The notes below the pieces were generated by a model. It was not told the origin of the DNA. It saw only the letters and a list, made by a program, of their open reading frames with translations, and ran no database searches. Positions 46,989 to 56,828 of a stretch of 64,000 nt of DNA are shown here, one piece after another (positions within the stretch are counted from its first letter, which is position 1; every line of letters begins with the position of its first letter). The stretch is from positions 1-64,000 of the forward strand of contig CAWCMR010000008.1 in the NCBI GenBank assembly GCA_963796685.1, in the 5' to 3' direction. This DNA is from an uncultured delta proteobacterium (lineage in GTDB: Bacteria > Myxococcota_A > Polyangia > Fen-1088). Made by a program: the position numbers and the translations under genes.

Positions 46989-47695
46989 ATGCCCAGTTTG
47001 GAAAGACTCCTGGCTCGCAATCTGCCCTGCTCGCGCAAGGAGGCGCGGCAATGGCTCGGCCGCGCTCCCGACGATCTGCCGCGCGAGATTGCAGCGGACC
47101 ACCTCCCCTTCCGCATCACCATCGAAGGACGAAGCACGGAATTGTACGACTCCTTCCACCTGATGCTGAACAAGCCCGCGGCTTGCGTAACCGCGCTGCA
47201 CGACCCGACCCACGAGACCGCGGCCGCCCACGTCCAGGGTGCGCCGCTCCAGGCGGAGCTGCGCCCGGTCGGGCGACTGGATCTCGATACCACGGGACTT
47301 CTGCTGTGGACCACGGACGGCGCATGGCTGCACCACCTTACCCATCCGCGGGCCGCCATTCCGCGCACGTACCACGCGGCGCTGGAACGGCCGTTCCAGC
47401 CCCCCCGGCCAATCTGGTTCTGCGCGATGGCCATCGCCCGAGCGTCCTCGACCTGCGCCCTTTGCGCGAGGAAGAGCTTCATCCGAGCTTGCTCATCCCC
47501 GACAGCACCCGCCACTTTGCCATCATCACCATCGTCGGCGGCACCTACCACGAGGTCCGGCGAATCTTCGCCGCCCTCGGCAGCCACGTGCGGTCGCTCT
47601 GCCGCGTTTCGTTCGGCGCACTGGAGTTGCCGCGGGATCTGGCGTTCGGGCGGTGGCGCCCGATTGCAAAGGAGACCGTGGAGCGCCCCGCGTGA
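46989..47695 (+). CDS. RsuA-family pseudouridine synthase (apparent frameshift in poly-C near 47400)
   Basis: LNKPA, VGRLDLDTTGLLLWT, GTYHEVRRIF, LCRVSFG. Confidence 0.88.
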
Positions 47696-47719
47696 AGTGG
47701 GCTACTGGAAGTGTCTTCA

Positions 47720-48304
47720 CTACCGGACGACGGTGACCAGTCGAAGCAGCTCGGGGCCGAAGGCCACGCCCTCCTCGCGACTGGCCTCGAGGTTCACCAG
47801 GATGGTGTTCTTGCCGCCAATCTGGAACACGCCGAGCGAAAGGCCAAGCTTGAGTTGCGCCTCTTGGCTTCCGACCGTCAGCACCTTGCGAGCTCGAGAC
47901 ACGCTCTCGATTTCGCCCAAGCTCGCATCGAGCCCGCTGCAAACATAGAGGGTGTCGATCCCGTTCTCTCGAACGCTCCGTTCGAGCGCGTCTCGACTGG
48001 TGAAGGAGAGGCTTGCCACCTTCATCGGCAGCCCGGAAAGTGTTGCCGACTCGAGTGGCGTGAAGGCCTTGACGATCGCCTCCGCCATGTTCTCGGAGTC
48101 CTTGTTGCCCTTCTTGGCCAGAATGCCGATATTGACCACTGTTCCCGCCCTGGCCGCGAGGTTGGCATCGTAAGCGATGACCCGTGCCAGGAAAACCGCC
48201 TGCTTACCCGGCGGAAGGGCCGCGCCGTACACGCTCCGACCCAATAGCAGCGCGGCAAGGATCACCCTCGCTGTCATAGGCCTACGGAGCCGCGAGCTCT
48301 TCAT
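47720..48304 (-). CDS. YfiR-family periplasmic protein
   Basis: Signal peptide; QAVFLARVIAYD, KVLTVG, ILVNLEASREEGVAFGPELLRLV resembles the YfiR/HmsC C-terminus. Confidence 0.78.
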   Translation of the reverse strand: MKSSRLRRPMTARVILAALLLGRSVYGAALPPGKQAVFLARVIAYDANLAARAGTVVNIGILAKKGNKDSENMAEAIVKAFTPLESATLSGLPMKVASLSFTSRDALERSVRENGIDTLYVCSGLDASLGEIESVSRARKVLTVGSQEAQLKLGLSLGVFQIGGKNTILVNLEASREEGVAFGPELLRLVTVVR

Positions 48305-48535
48305 GGCTGCATGGATAGGGCGATAAGCAGGCGAATAGCGGAAAATGCCCGACACCTGCCGCGCTCATCGGAGAAAGGAATTATCGGTGGACTGCGCGAC
48401 GTCAATCACCCATTGCATCGGAAGTTGTTGAAATGCCTTGAGGGCAAACTTCCCTTCCGCAGCGACGGACATCGCGTTCTTGTGGACCGTCGGAACCCAT
48501 CCTCCTTTCATCGGGCCGTTCCGATTTCCGGACAC

Positions 48536-50373
48536 CTACTGAGCCGTACCGACCACATTCAATTCAGCCACGGCGGTGTAGGCCTTGCCCTGGATCTCGG
48601 ACAATGCCCGGAAGCGGATGTAGCGGGCAGCCGTGCTGCTGAACGACACGACCTTCTCGGTGGCGTCGCTCGCGAACGTCCCCGTCTTGACGGCGGTGCC
48701 CCAGTCGGCCGAGTCGGTGCTGGCATAGAGCCGTATTGCCCCACCGTACCGTTGGGGTTGCCGTCCTGGCGGGGCAGATAGCTCATTCCGGTCAGGTTGT
48801 AGATGGCGCCGAGGTCGATCTGGATTTCGTGCGGCAGGGGCGCCGCGCCCCCCGTGTACTTGGAATGCCAGAAGGTCGACGAAATTCCATCGAAGGCGTT
48901 GATCCCGGGATCGTTTTCTGCCGATGTCTCCTCGCTGTCGACCTTGATCAGCTTCCAATTGTCCTGCGCCACGTAGTTGCTGTTGGTGTTACCACCCGAC
49001 CAGCGTCCCGTGGTGAGGTTGAGCTGCCATTGGTCGTAGTCGTTCATGCCCAAGCTGGTTCCTTTCACCACCAGAGGCAACCAGATGTATTTGGAGCTGA
49101 CGAGATCGGGATCCTGCCAGCGGTCGCCGGCGTAGATGTAGGTCGTGACCTCACTGCCGACCACGGGAATGACGTAGGTCGGCTGCGTATCGAAGGTCGT
49201 CGAGTCGCCGAGATTGGTGAGAGCGGTCCACGGCCCGGCGATGGCGGATGCCGTCGCGTACTTGGCTTGGTTGGGATCCCAACTGGTCGCGGCAGAAGTG
49301 ATCAAGAAATAGGTACCACCGACCTTGAACATGGCAGGAGCCTCGCGCTGGCTGCCGGCGAAGAGCTTGATCACCTGTTGCTTCATGTCGAGGTAGTCGT
49401 CGGTGAGCAGGTACACCATCATGTCCTGGTTGTTGTTCGCGGAGGACATGAAGTACGCCTTGCCGTCGTCGTCCTTGAACAGGTTGCAGTCGCGCGACAT
49501 GTTGCCGTTCGGCTGGAAAGACTTCACGAAGGTGTAGTTACCGTCGATGGTGGGGCTGGTGAAAACGCCCGCCGAGGCTTCGCTGTAGTTGCCGTTCTCC
49601 CAGTGCAGCCACATCACGTACTGCTTGGTCGTATCGTTGTAGATGACCTTGGGACGCTCGATGATCCGGTCGGCAGTGTTGAGCTGGGTCGTGGTGCTGC
49701 GGGTGATGATGGCGTTGCGGAATTCCCAGGTCACCAGATCCTTCGAGGCGTAGCAATTGACCGCCTTGAAGGTGGCCGAGTTCTGCGACTTGTCCTCGCC
49801 GATCCAATACCAGGTATCGGCAACCTTGATGAAGCCGCCGCCGTGCGCCTCGATGCGCTTGCCCTTGGTGTCGTTCCAGAACACGCCGTTGTGGAAGGTC
49901 ACCACGACCTCGCCGGTCGCCGCATCGCCCCCCGGGCCGGCATCTCTGGGCGTGGTTTCGGCGACAGGCGCGTCCTGGCCGCGCCCGGTGGCCAGATCTG
50001 CGATGCCGGCCACGTCGCCAGAATCGGCGGTGCCGTCACGCGCGGGACCGGAACCGTCGGAGGCCGGGCCGATACCATCGGAGGCCGCGTCCGCTTTGGT
50101 TCCCCCACCTTGCCCTCCCTGCGTATTGCCGGCAACGCCCGTTCCCCCCGAACCGATGGCCACGCCGCCGGAGCCGAGCCCGCCACCGCCTGTCCCGACG
50201 GCGCCACCCGTGCCCAGCCGTCCCCCACCACCCGACGCTCCCCCCGTGTGCCCTGCGCCGCCCGCGCCACCCGTCTCGAGGGGCCCGGGCTTGTTCGCCG
50301 TGTTGGAACAGCCCACGCTCAGCGTCCCTGCCCAGAGCAGGGCGATCAAACCCTTCATCTTGAGGTGGCCCAT
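48536..50373 (-). CDS. Lipoprotein glycoside hydrolase family 43 (GH43_24-like) + F5/8 type C (CBM32-like) domain (apparent frameshift near 48731)
   Basis: Lipobox SVGC, Gly-rich linker, IEAHGGG, IERPKVIYN, SRDCNLF, REAP; AFDG..STFWHS, IQIDLG, ARYIRF. Confidence 0.85.
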
Positions 50374-50614
50374 CGGTCTACGTCTTTCTTCCTGCACAAA
50401 GGAGGATGATTCGCCGCTTCACCCTCTTCGCAGGGCGCACCGGTGACTCTAGCCCAAGCGCTGTCGCATGTCTTGCCCCCGCGGCTAAAGCTCGTCGACC
50501 GTCTGCCGATGGTATCCGCCAATCGGTGTGCTGTGGAATGCTCGCCCCCCAAGCCTTTCAGCAATGTACCGGCGCTGGTGTTCTGCTATCCCGCTATTTG
50601 ACCAGGAGACAGAG

Positions 50615-51784
50615 ATGCGACGAGTGGCGATATGGTCGGTTCTTGGATCGGTGGCGTTCATGGGAGCCTGTGGCAGCAGCGGCGTCGGCGGAAGTGCAGA
50701 CGCCGGAAGTACGGAGAGCGGGGCCCCTCCACCGGCCGATACCGCACCATCCCCAAGCCCCTTTGCGCCTGCCGCCATCGAAGGCGTCATCAACTCCCTG
50801 GTTGCGGCGGTCGCGGCCCAGAACACGCCGGCAGCGGCCAAGCCTCCGATAGCGGTCCTGCTCAAGGACACGACCACCTATTGGTACCCGGTCATCATCG
50901 GCGCCAACCGCATGAGCACCCAGCTCGTAACGCCATTTGCCGTGGAGGCCCCGCTCATCTCCGATCCGGCCAACACGACCGCGGACCAGGCGGCGGTGCT
51001 CCAGAACCGGTACACCCAAAACTACCTCGCAAACAAACTGTACCGGGGCTTGGCCTACGCGCCCCAGGCCGACAACGCGGACACCGTCGCCTACCTCAAC
51101 CAATTCATCGCCCAATGCGGGCCCGTGGTCACCATCGACAGCGATGCCCCTGACACCAACCGAAGCTACTTCATTGCGACCGCCAACTACCAGGCTGGCG
51201 CGACGGCGGGCAACAAACTGGCCGAGGCCCTGAAGCCCGGAGATACGGTCGCCGTCTTTGGTACGACGATCACGAGTTGGCCGAGTGGCATTCAGCGCGC
51301 CCAGGGCGCGGAAGATGCCCTCACCGCGGCGGGCATGGTCATCGCCCCGAGAATCTCCCCGGCCTTCGACACCACTACCGATATCAATGCCATCATCACC
51401 GAGCTCTCCGATCCCACCTTGAACATCAAGGGTCTTGCGTGCATGTATTCCAATTCCTCCAACTGCGCCGCTGCGGTCGAGGCCACGGGAAAGACCGGTC
51501 TGGTGCAAATCGTCGGGTTCGACATGACCACCGATACCAAGGCCTATTTCGACAGAGGCTATTTCTACGGCGTCGCCGTGCAGCGCCAGTACTACATGGG
51601 TGAGTTGGGCGTGCTGGTGCCTTACGCCATCGACGTCCTCGGAGCGGCCCAAACCGCGACGCTGTTGCAACCCATCCTCGTCCCCACCGACCCGTCGTTC
51701 ATCGATACCGGCATCGACATGATCACCATGACCAACTACGCCGACTACAACGCGTTTCTCAGCTCGCTTGGCATCAATAGTTGA
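50615..51784 (+). CDS. Sugar-binding periplasmic-binding-protein-type lipoprotein (RbsB/LacI fold)
   Basis: Lipobox MGAC; PVVTIDSDAP, FIATANYQAGATAG, IVGFD, VQRQYYMG, IDTG. Confidence 0.8.
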   Translation: MRRVAIWSVLGSVAFMGACGSSGVGGSADAGSTESGAPPPADTAPSPSPFAPAAIEGVINSLVAAVAAQNTPAAAKPPIAVLLKDTTTYWYPVIIGANRMSTQLVTPFAVEAPLISDPANTTADQAAVLQNRYTQNYLANKLYRGLAYAPQADNADTVAYLNQFIAQCGPVVTIDSDAPDTNRSYFIATANYQAGATAGNKLAEALKPGDTVAVFGTTITSWPSGIQRAQGAEDALTAAGMVIAPRISPAFDTTTDINAIITELSDPTLNIKGLACMYSNSSNCAAAVEATGKTGLVQIVGFDMTTDTKAYFDRGYFYGVAVQRQYYMGELGVLVPYAIDVLGAAQTATLLQPILVPTDPSFIDTGIDMITMTNYADYNAFLSSLGINS

Positions 51785-51858
51785 TACCGTATTTGCCTCC
51801 GCCCTCTTCGCGGATCCTCCAAATGCAGGAATCGGGAGCCTCACAGACATCGCCATGG

Positions 51859-53151
51859 ATGAGAAAAGCCGCTTCGGGGACACGTGCAAGGCGGCAGTCC
51901 CCGACGGTTGCATGCGTGGCCTTGGCCGTGCTGCTGCTTTCCGCAATCGACTGCGTGTCGACCCATGAGCCCAGCGCGCCGGCCAATGCCATTCACATAG
52001 GCTCGGTGCTCCCCTTCTCTGGCCAAGGCGCAGCATCCGGAGTCGAGCTGGAGAGTGCCCTTCGCCTCGCCATCGATGTCGTGAATTCGGCCGGCGGACT
52101 GGCTGGGCAGCCGCTCTGGCTCGACGTTGGCGACAGCCACTCGGACAATTCGCGCGGCACCAACAATGCCCTGGAAATCATCGACAGCAGTACCGTACCA
52201 TTCTTCATCGGGCCTGAGGAACCGACCATCGCCTACCAAATCACCAATGCGATCAAGGCCGAGCACATGGTGCACCTCATGCCAGGGCTCACCTCCCCGA
52301 ACGTCCACGATCCAAGTGCCCAGGCCGCGTGGTTCCGGCTGTCTCCCTCGGTGAAGTACTTGGCCTGCGCGCTCGCCAAGTACATGCTCAAGGACGGTAT
52401 CGCCACGGCCAATTTGGTCATCGATCCAGATGATTACAGCGGAACCTTCGCCACCATGTTCGGGCAGACCTTCAGCACCAATGGCGGCACCATGCTTCCG
52501 TCGTTGCAGATCAGCGCCACCAGCCAGGGCTTTGCGGACATCTTCACGACCCTTGCCCGCTATGCCCCCAATGCGACCGTCCTTATGACCTCCCCCGCGG
52601 TTGCCGCACAATTCCTGCAGGAATGGGCCGTGCGTGGCAAGCCCGGGAAATGGTACCTCGGCCCTACGCTCAACAATCCGGAGCTCCTGCGCAACGTTCC
52701 GGCGGGGGTTCTCGAAGGCATGAAAGGAATTTCGGCCGATTTGGGTGCTCGAGCCACCGACTTCGCAGCCTACTTTCAAGCACAAACTGCCATTCCGCCG
52801 CTAACCGGCTCGAACTACTATTTCGACGCGGTCGCGTTGCTTGCCCTGGCTGTCAACCACGGAATTGCCGTCCACGGAGCCATGCCCGCTCCGGCCGCGC
52901 TCACGATGGAGATGCAGGCCGTGACTTCTGCCTCCGGCGAAGTGGTTTCGTTCGACCAACTCGCCGAAGGCCTGGCCTTGGTGAAGGCCGGACAAGCGGT
53001 CCAATACCAAGGCGCCGCCGGAACCTATCTCCTCAATTCGCAGGGCAATTCCACCCAAACTCGCGGCGCCATTTGGCAAATCACGGGCACATCGTTCGAG
53101 GACATCGACTATGAGCAATGCAGCACCCTCGACGTCGTAAACGACACCTAG
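51859..53151 (+). CDS. LivJ/branched-chain-amino-acid-type substrate-binding lipoprotein
   Basis: AIDC lipobox-like; IHIGSVLPFSG, LAIDVVNSAGGLAG, WFRLSPS, YFDAVALLALA, YQGAAG. Confidence 0.8.
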   Translation: MRKAASGTRARRQSPTVACVALAVLLLSAIDCVSTHEPSAPANAIHIGSVLPFSGQGAASGVELESALRLAIDVVNSAGGLAGQPLWLDVGDSHSDNSRGTNNALEIIDSSTVPFFIGPEEPTIAYQITNAIKAEHMVHLMPGLTSPNVHDPSAQAAWFRLSPSVKYLACALAKYMLKDGIATANLVIDPDDYSGTFATMFGQTFSTNGGTMLPSLQISATSQGFADIFTTLARYAPNATVLMTSPAVAAQFLQEWAVRGKPGKWYLGPTLNNPELLRNVPAGVLEGMKGISADLGARATDFAAYFQAQTAIPPLTGSNYYFDAVALLALAVNHGIAVHGAMPAPAALTMEMQAVTSASGEVVSFDQLAEGLALVKAGQAVQYQGAAGTYLLNSQGNSTQTRGAIWQITGTSFEDIDYEQCSTLDVVNDT

Positions 53152-53155
53152 GACC

Positions 53156-55465
53156 ATGCGCCCCACTGGTCACTTGCTTGTGTCGTTGCGGTTCTTGCTC
53201 GGTCCGGTCGTCGCACTGGCGGCCACCCAGTCCTGGGCCAGCACGGCAGCGACAGAAACGACTGCGTTTTCCGTAGACGCGGGCGGCGCAGCGGACGCCA
53301 CGCCCTCCCGTGAAGACGCCCCTACGGCCTCTCCGCCGCTCGAAGAGACGAAGCCCACCCCCGGCGAATCCGATGTGGTGGACGTGCTGAGTGCCATCAA
53401 GGGCCAGGATCTCAGCACCCTCGATCTGGAAGCCCTGCTGGAGAACGTCGTCGTCACCGCCACGAAATCGGAAATCAAGGAGGACGAAGCCCCCGCGATC
53501 ACCACCGTCATCAATCGCGAGGAGATCCAGCGCTGGGGCTATCAGTCCGTGGAGGAAGTCCTGAAGCACGTGGCAGGCGTGTACGTCATCGACGACCACA
53601 TCATCCCCAACCTGGGTGTGCGAGGGATTTCCGGGGGCTTGCGCTCGGAAAGTGGGATCGTCAAGGTCATGATCGACGGGCACTCCGTGGCCTTTCGCTC
53701 GACCGCTGGAAACTGGCTGGGACCCGAGCTCATTCCGCTTTCGGTCGTGCAGCAGATCGAAGTCATTCGCGGGCCCGCCTCCGCCCTCTACGGCGCCGAT
53801 GCGTTCTTGGGCGTGATCAACATCGTCACGCGAAAGGCCGAGCAGATGCAAGGCGGGGAGATCACGCTCGCCGGCAACCATGAGGGCGGCTATGGCATGA
53901 GCCACGACGTAGCGCTCGGCGCCACCGCGGGGAATTGGCAGATCCTGGCCTCGGCCAGAGCCAGCGCCGAGGACCGCTCCGGTCTTACCCTCCCCTCCTC
54001 CTCTCCCGCTCCCAGGCTGGGGAACAATGCGCCGGCCGATCTGCAGGCACACGACCTGAACCTCGACTCGACCGTGGCCTTTGCGCGAATGGGGTATCAG
54101 CTTGGCAAGCGCGGATCGATCGGGCTCATCGGATATTTCTCCCAGATCGACCGGGGTGCGGAGCTCGCAGACTGGGAGCAGCTGACCCACAACCTCGACA
54201 GCAGCGGCCGTCAAAATGGGACCAATATCTCGCTACGCCAGGGTCTGGTGGGGCTCGATCTCGCTCTCTCCCTGACCTCGACCCTCGACCTGCGCGTCAA
54301 CGGCCTCTTCTTCGACGGTGGTCCGACCTCCCGCGACCGCATCGAAGTCGGCAGCGACCTCTACTACGTCAAACGCGACTTTGGTTACCGCGGCTTCGAT
54401 ACCGGGACCGAGGTGGTCTGGCACCCGACAGACGCCTTCAGCGTGTTGCTTGGGGCAGGGATGATCCTGGATCACGAGAACCTTCCGAACGTATACGACG
54501 TCTTGAAATCGTCCCTCGGCACGCAACCCGGCGAACGGGCAGGTGACGAGATTCTGGCCACCGGAGACGCAGGCGACAAGACCTTGACCAACGTCGGGGC
54601 CAACGCTCTCGTCATGTGGTCGCCGATTTCCAGGGTCACCCTCACGGGAGGTCTGCGCTTCGATCATCACAGCGTCTACGGCGACAAGATCAGCGGGCGC
54701 CTTGGTGGGGTCGGGACGTTGCTGCCCAACCTGCACCTCAAGCTTCTCTACGGAAGCGCATTCAAGGCGCCCTCGCCCCAGCTCCTGTACGGCTCGCCGC
54801 TCGCACCCGGTGATATCGCGGGCAACCGGTCCCTGAAACCCGCCTACGTCCACACCGTGGAGGCGCAGCTGTCCTATCGGCCCAATCGCTATGTGCTCGT
54901 GACCAGCGGCCTCGCCTACAGTTACTTGCTCGACCAGGCGGCGTTCGCCCAACGAGGCATCAATCAGGTGGCGCTGAATATTTCCAAAGTGGGGTCCCTA
55001 TCATGGGAAAGCGATCTCCGCTTCGACTACAAACGCAAACTTGCCGCCTACGGTAACCTGACCGTCAATCACACCGTCTCCACCTTCAGCGAAGACAACT
55101 ACGCGGCGAATCTATCGGGCTACAGCAACGCTGCCTACCCCGTCGTGGTCGCCAATACCGGAGTCAGCGCCGAAATTCCACGCCTGCCCTTGCGGGTCGG
55201 CACCGAGCTGTCCGCCGTCGGCAGCCGCCCATCGAGCACGGCCAACACCTTGGAGGCCGGAGGACGGTACGCCCTTTCCCCATACGTCCTGCTCGGTGGC
55301 AGCATTCGCACCGTCGGGCTGCACCTTCTCGCGCACAAGGAAACCACCCTCATGCTCATCGGGCGCAATCTGGCAAACTCCCGCTACGCCGACCCCGGTT
55401 TTGCCGGCATCGACTACCCGCAGCTCGGCCGCACCATCCTCCTGCAGGTATCGCAGGAGTTCTAG
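53156..55465 (+). CDS. TonB-dependent receptor
   Basis: Signal peptide; LSTLDLEALLENVVVTATK, VMIDG, IEVIRGPASALYGADAFLGVINIVT plug; terminal Phe. Confidence 0.92.
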   Translation: MRPTGHLLVSLRFLLGPVVALAATQSWASTAATETTAFSVDAGGAADATPSREDAPTASPPLEETKPTPGESDVVDVLSAIKGQDLSTLDLEALLENVVVTATKSEIKEDEAPAITTVINREEIQRWGYQSVEEVLKHVAGVYVIDDHIIPNLGVRGISGGLRSESGIVKVMIDGHSVAFRSTAGNWLGPELIPLSVVQQIEVIRGPASALYGADAFLGVINIVTRKAEQMQGGEITLAGNHEGGYGMSHDVALGATAGNWQILASARASAEDRSGLTLPSSSPAPRLGNNAPADLQAHDLNLDSTVAFARMGYQLGKRGSIGLIGYFSQIDRGAELADWEQLTHNLDSSGRQNGTNISLRQGLVGLDLALSLTSTLDLRVNGLFFDGGPTSRDRIEVGSDLYYVKRDFGYRGFDTGTEVVWHPTDAFSVLLGAGMILDHENLPNVYDVLKSSLGTQPGERAGDEILATGDAGDKTLTNVGANALVMWSPISRVTLTGGLRFDHHSVYGDKISGRLGGVGTLLPNLHLKLLYGSAFKAPSPQLLYGSPLAPGDIAGNRSLKPAYVHTVEAQLSYRPNRYVLVTSGLAYSYLLDQAAFAQRGINQVALNISKVGSLSWESDLRFDYKRKLAAYGNLTVNHTVSTFSEDNYAANLSGYSNAAYPVVVANTGVSAEIPRLPLRVGTELSAVGSRPSSTANTLEAGGRYALSPYVLLGGSIRTVGLHLLAHKETTLMLIGRNLANSRYADPGFAGIDYPQLGRTILLQVSQEF

Positions 55466-55554
55466 AGATTGGGTCTGTCAGAAGTAGGCTTGCCTCCACC
55501 TCCTCGACCGCGGCCGCGACCGCGAACCCATTGGGCTATGGCGGGATCATGCTG

Positions 55555-56766
55555 TCAGCCCAGATCGGGCTGCCGGTACGCCGTGTCGGGCTTCGAGAAG
55601 GCAAAGCCCTGCAGCAGATCGACGCCGGCTTTGACCACGGCGTCGCGCTCGGCAATCGATTCGATGCCGGCCGCGATAACGCGCGTGTTCATCGCCCCGA
55701 GCAGCGCCGTCATGTCGGCCACGATGTCCGCCTGGGCCGCGTTGTGGTCGATCCCGCGCACCAACGAGAGGTCGTATTTCACGAACTCTGGCCGCAAGCG
55801 CGCGAAGGACGACAGCCCCGGATATCCCGGTCCGAGGTTGTCCATGGCCAGACGAAAGCCGAGCTTGCGCAGGGCCTCGGCCCGCGATTCGAGGTGCGAA
55901 ACGTCGTCGAGCAGCGCGTGCTCGGAGATCTCGATGACGATGCGCTTGCCGAACTGCGAGAGCGGCGCGGACGCCGAGTAGAGCTCGCTGTCGAGCAGCT
56001 CATGGGCGTGCAGGTTCACGAACACGTACTCGGCCGGCGCCCGGGTCATCGAACGCGCCACCCGCTCGCGCACCAGCCGCCCGATCTGCTCGATGCGCCC
56101 CAGCCGCTCGGCCACACCCAGGACCGAGGCCGGGTCGGGCAAGCCGGGATCCGAGCTGCGCAACAAGGCCTCGTGACCGATGACCCGACGGCTCGACCAG
56201 GAGACGATGGGCTGAAAGGCGATGGACAGGCAACCGAATGCACGCTCGAAAACCTGTTCGAGGGCGACCCGGTCGCCCAGCTGGTTCCAGGTACCACCGA
56301 GCTCGTCCAAAGCCTTGCGTCGCAGTTTGGCCAGGCGGTGCAGCTTGGTCGCGTAAGAAAGCGTGGCGACAAGCAGGTCGGGGGCCACCGGCTTTTCCAG
56401 GAAGCAAAGCGCGCCCTGCTGGACCGCGACCGCGGACAAGCCGAGGTGGCCCGACCCCGTGACGACCACGAGGGGCACGTCCAGATCCCGTCGGCGGGCC
56501 ACGCGCAGAAGCCCGATGGCATCGAGGCCGCCAAGCGCCGCGTCGGCCACGATGGTGGCGTAGCCGTTGCCTTCGATGAGCGTCCGCGCAACGCCGCCAT
56601 CACCCGCCAGATCGACTAGGAATCCCGCCCTTTCCAGCGCAGGCGCGTGCGGCGACAGGTGCGCGTCTTCCGCTTCCGCCACCAGGATGCGCACTTCCCC
56701 TGCCTGTCCGCCTTCGCCGCCGGCGGGGTGACCCGCGTCCACAGACGGAATTCTCGTAGAGCGCAT
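55555..56766 (-). CDS. REC + degenerate EAL-domain protein
   Basis: AFQPIV, HEALLR, FVNL, IEISE, QGFAFSKP; loop 6 DNLGPGY; AAGIE instead of AEGVE. Confidence 0.88.
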   Translation of the reverse strand: MRSTRIPSVDAGHPAGGEGGQAGEVRILVAEAEDAHLSPHAPALERAGFLVDLAGDGGVARTLIEGNGYATIVADAALGGLDAIGLLRVARRRDLDVPLVVVTGSGHLGLSAVAVQQGALCFLEKPVAPDLLVATLSYATKLHRLAKLRRKALDELGGTWNQLGDRVALEQVFERAFGCLSIAFQPIVSWSSRRVIGHEALLRSSDPGLPDPASVLGVAERLGRIEQIGRLVRERVARSMTRAPAEYVFVNLHAHELLDSELYSASAPLSQFGKRIVIEISEHALLDDVSHLESRAEALRKLGFRLAMDNLGPGYPGLSSFARLRPEFVKYDLSLVRGIDHNAAQADIVADMTALLGAMNTRVIAAGIESIAERDAVVKAGVDLLQGFAFSKPDTAYRQPDLG

Positions 56767-56828
56767 GCGCAACTTCTCTTTTATCATGGACCGGCCATCC
56801 CCGCCCACGACCGGGTGGCACATCCTTC

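Noticed and set aside
48441-48480. AGGGCAAAC resembling the start of a c-di-GMP-I riboswitch
   Set aside because: No GAAA tetraloop/GACGCAAAG continuation, and the orientation is opposite to the flanking genes
49920-50290. Gly-rich low-complexity repeats (TGGxGG)
   Set aside because: Ordinary flexible linker of a myxobacterial lipoprotein between lipobox and GH43 domain
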